From the NCBI RefSeq assembly GCF_001194135.2, contig NC_068985.1, forward strand, positions 28,776,444-28,816,017: a stretch of DNA of 39,574 nucleotides, in the 5' to 3' direction. Below the pieces are notes generated by a model. That model did no database searches. It was given only the letters and a program-made list of their open reading frames with translations, and was not told the origin of the DNA. This DNA comes from Octopus bimaculoides (lineage: Eukaryota). Positions 35,550-39,574 of this stretch are shown here, piece by piece; the stretch's first letter is position 1, and every line of letters begins with the position of its first letter. Made by a program: the position numbers and the translations under genes.

Positions 35550-35711
35550 GTACAATCCGCCCATTATTTGTGGTACATCGTAAAGAAGGTAAATTCTATG
35601 AGAAGATATATGTCATGTTACCCCTGTGCACAGGAATTGTCCTCATTCTAGTTGCTGCCGTGGCTGTCCTTCTGTGGTGCCGGAGACGCAGTGAAAGACT
35701 TCGGTTTAAAG
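35550..35711 (+). CDS. Dscam: Dscam transmembrane exon (phase 1 to 1)
   Basis: tttttacttag / gtacat; (S)TIRPLFVVHRKEGKFYEKIYVMLPLCTGIVLILVAAVAVLLWCRRRSERLRFK: a hydrophobic stretch of about 24 aa followed by a basic stop-transfer RRR. Confidence 0.92.
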
Positions 35712-36579
35712 GTACATATATTTAGTTTGTCGATTACTTTTCTTTATCGCTGAACAATGCTCTCATTTTTCTTCTCCTTCCTCACTTCTATCTCTTCTCT
35801 CGCTCTCCCTCTTTCACTTTCATCTTCATTCATATTTTGAGCTTCTTCATGATTTTCTCTTGGATTTCATACCTCCTACCCACATCTACCACATCTTTCC
35901 TTGCAATTTCTGTTTTTCTCTGCTCGCCCTTAAAGGGCAAGAGATCGAAATACTGAACTTCTCGCTTCTCACTGCAACTTGATTTCTTTAAAAACAAACA
36001 ATGAGATAGTAGTTACAATATTAAGATCGACTCTAGTCTAAGCAACTTAATACTTAAGTGTTGTAACAGAAGCGGTGAAATACCAGGTAAAATGCCTCGC
36101 ACTGCCAATCTAGGTTCTGGGTTCAAATCGTTTTGAATCACAATTTACCTCTCATGCATAATAATTCGATATAAGTAAATACTAAGCAAATACTAGGATT
36201 AAATAAATGGATTTAACCATAGCCTAAAATATGCGGCATTATGCAAAGTCTTGAATTATTTATAGTGTATTACGTTTTTATGTGTATACACAGGTAATAT
36301 ATATATATATATATTATCTGTTGAAAATAATGAAGGAGAAGTACTCAATGCAATAGTATAATATCTTACATGGACTAATTCTGAGTTATAGACGACTGAA
36401 TCAGCCAAAACCATCTACATTTTAGCGGGAACATGCTATCTGTAAGGTAGTGTTTTCGGTGTTTTAGGGGGAGGTTCGCCTTAGATATACAGAGATTATT
36501 TAGTATGTTATTTTGCATGAAAGTAAAGGGACAAAAGGTGAAATGCATCAAGGCATAGAAGTAAACAACAATGGAAGAA

Positions 36580-37755
36580 TTAGGTTGTTTCACATAAAAC
36601 GTCGCATTTTTAATTACTTGTTATTTTAGTCATTTAAAATCTCAATTATGTATACCGTGCATTTAATCTTGAATCTTTTTCTTCCCAACAATATTGGTAT
36701 ACAAAATTCATACCCACAGACCTTATGAAAAGGATAACAACCAAACTATGTTGAGTGATTTTCTCATATGAGTACAAACTGAGTTACTCTGCCGCAGAAG
36801 CTCCGCGGAATATCATGCGGGTTTTTGGTAATGGCTTTGTTGACATCAGAACTGTTCAGAAATGGTTCTAAAGCTCTCGTTCAGGAGATGATAGCCTTGA
36901 AAATAAACCAAGGAGTAGGCCAAAATCAGCATCAAAATCCGAGAACAAAGGTTCGAAAACTTTCATCAGAACTCCAAAATCTAACACAACTGTTTTTGGA
37001 CACCTGTAAAAAATTGGAAGTCAAGAAAACCGATAGGTTTGTTCCACATCAACTGAACACGATTGAAAAAGGAGCACCAGTGTGCTCCTTATTGCTTTCT
37101 GGACTGGAAAAAGACCATTTTTGCATCAAATCATTACTTGCAATGAGAAATGGATACTCAATGACAACAGTAGAACAGGGAAATGATTAGATGCAGGGGA
37201 GTCACTACTCAAACCCACCATTGCACCCTAAAATGTTAGCGGTCACTGTATGGTGGTCTACAAAGGGAGTTGTTCATTATTCATTTTTGCAATAAGGAAA
37301 GACAGTAACAGCAACATCGTATTGCCAGGTAATTGATTGTATGCATGAGAATTTGAAAAAGAAGCAACCCAGACTAGTGAATAGAGATGGCCCAATTTTG
37401 CTCCACGACAATGCACATCCTCACACTCCTCAAGCCTAAATTATGAGATTTTGCAACATCCACCCTATTCCCTTGATATCTCTCCCACTGATCATCACTT
37501 ATTTAAACATTTTGAACTTTTCATAAGCAATAAAACATTCTTAAATAGAGAAGAGATAATTGAAGCATTCGGACAGTTTATTACAACAAAAGATGAATTT
37601 TTTTTTAAAGTTGGAATACATGAGATAGAGAAACTTTGGGTAAACGTCATAAATGAACATGGATCATACTTTGATTAAATAAATCAGTTCTCTAACACTT
37701 CTGAAACATATTATTGTTACCTTACAAATACAAAATTTTCTGTGAGACAACCGAA
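36580..37755 (+). mobile_element. Decayed near-full-length mariner (DD34D type)
   Basis: Imperfect TIRs ttaggttgtttcacataaaa and ttttctgtgagacaaccgaa followed by TA; degenerate motifs CNEKW (D mutated to N), LHPKMLAVTVWWS, LLHDNAHPH, HPPYSLDISPTDHHLFKH; multiple frameshifts and stops. Confidence 0.92.
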
Positions 37756-37906
37756 TATAAAGAATCGTAAAGGATTCCTGGTTGTCCAGAACTTTGTTGA
37801 CCAGAAACATTCTTTCTGCTGTAGTACTTGGTCACCATTTCAGTTATTTTCACCATCACCCGACTTCTTTCTCTTTTCTCATTCTCTTTATCCCTCTTTT
37901 CTCTCT

Positions 37907-38006
<100 letters not shown>

Positions 38007-38296
38007 TTACCCTATAATTCTCTTTCTAACACAATTTATTTCTCTATCAGTCTATTTTAAACTCTCTATTTCACACTCTATCTGACTCTTTTCGAATCTC
38101 TCTTTCTGACTACTTTTCTTAAAAGATCAACCTGCATACTTCTCTTGAGTGTGTTTTCCAATTTCAATTTATTAAATTACTTTGTATTTATCAATGTATG
38201 TTTTTAAATGTGCATATACACATATATATCTAATATATATACATATATATATATACAGACATATAGATACATATACATACATATATATATATATAT

Positions 38297-38329
<33 letters not shown>

Positions 38330-38404
38330 TATACATACATATATATACATGCATATATATACATACATATATATACATGCATATATATACATACATATAT
38401 ATAC

Positions 38405-38449
<45 letters not shown>

Positions 38450-38512
38450 CTTATATGATGGTATGTATTTTATTTATTTATATATAGATATATGTATGTA
38501 TTTATATATGTG

Positions 38513-38551
<39 letters not shown>

Positions 38552-38866
38552 NNNNNNNNNNTATATATATATATATATATGAATATATGTATGGTTTATA
38601 TATGTGCATGTATTTATATGTATTTATATATATATGTATTTATATATGTATGAATGTATGTATGTATTTATATATGCATGTATATATTTATATATATATG
38701 TATGCATATATGCATACATATATATTCACACTCTATCTGACTCTTTTCGAATCTCTCTTTCTGACTACTTTTCTTAAAAGATCAACCTGCATACTTCTCT
38801 TGAGTGTGTTTTCCAATTTCAATTTATTAAATTACTTTGTATTTATCAATGTATGTNNNNNNNNNN

Positions 38867-39535
38867 TGAAAGCTGAAATCTTATATTTTTATTTCTTTTT
38901 TTCCCTATTTTAGATATACTGTTATATCGATATTATGTCCACCCGATTAACAAAAGAGCAAAAGATTGGGGTTTTGAAAGGGTTCTGCACAAAGTTATCT
39001 GGCAGCTGGAATTTGTTCCTTAAGTTCAGCAATGTTGCGGGTCTTTGTTGAGTAGACTTTCTCTTTGAGAATGCTCCACAGGAAAAAATCGGCTGAGGTC
39101 AAATCCGGCGAACGAGATGGCCCCTCGAGCGGTCCTCGCCTGCCAATCCATCGACAGGGAAGGTTGGCATCCAACCAGTCTCGCACAAGCGTAGCATGTG
39201 CCGGTGCCCCGTCCTGCTGAAAGTACAGACCCTCTGCCCCATACTGCTGAAAGCTCAGACCCTCTGCTCCATCCTGCTGTTGTAATAACGGCAAAAGCAG
39301 CTTCTGTAGCATAGCCTGATAACTTTGTGCAGAACCATTTCAAAACCGCAATCTTTTGCTCTTTTGTTAATCGGGTGGACATAATCGTTATAACAGTATA
39401 TCTGAAATAAGGGGAAAAAAGGAAATAAAAATATAAGATTTCAGCTTTCAAATGACATAGGAAATAGTAAAATTGAATAAGTATCAACAAAGTTACAAGT
39501 AAAAGAAGGAATATAGTTACTTATGGCGGACCCTG
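38867..39535 (-). mobile_element. Internally deleted rosa-like (DD40/41D) Tc1/mariner element with long inverted arms
   Basis: Terminus TA|cagggtccgccataag at 39535; FQQDGAPAH...RWIGRRGP...PSRSPDLTSADFFLWSILKEKVY with 40 codons between D2 (39211-39213) and D3 (39088-39090); arms 38867-39003 and 39315-39450. Confidence 0.85.
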
Positions 39536-39574
39536 TATATATATGTATATATGTATGTCTATATATATATATAT

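Noticed and set aside
35760-35980. Long pyrimidine tract then aag|ggcaagag giving GQEIEILNFSLLTAT-stop, a possible short-tail terminal exon
   Set aside because: Weak AAG acceptor, low-complexity tract, no similarity to Dscam tails.
38070-38856. 132-bp exact direct duplication (38070-38201 and 38725-38856)
   Set aside because: Lies between two 10-N gaps in TA-rich microsatellite; most likely misassembly.

Overview
AT-rich, microsatellite-dense eukaryotic DNA with 9 assembly gaps. The repeat families look like those of an octopus genome (inference). The window holds 20 coding exons of a + strand Dscam-type gene, reconstructed by hand from splice sites and codon phase. The order is: end of Ig7, Ig8, Ig9, FN3 x4, Ig10, FN3 x2, transmembrane segment. 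The gene begins upstream and its cytoplasmic exons lie downstream of the window. One exon start falls in a gap, and one 8.2-kb intron uses a GC donor. No arthropod-style tandem arrays of alternative exons are visible. The introns contain two tRNA-derived SINE families, two decayed mariners, a DD40D rosa-like element with long inverted arms, and an R4/Dong-like LINE fragment abutting (TAA)n. They also contain several fold-back structures: a 196-bp near-perfect inverted repeat, a 60-bp perfect palindrome centred on TGACGTCA, and a ~75-bp imperfect hairpin. I cannot demonstrate a new biological system from sequence alone. The best leads are RNA-structure or splicing routes to Dscam isoform diversity, and all are hypotheses. 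Most long ORFs in the supplied track are artefacts of N-runs and microsatellites.
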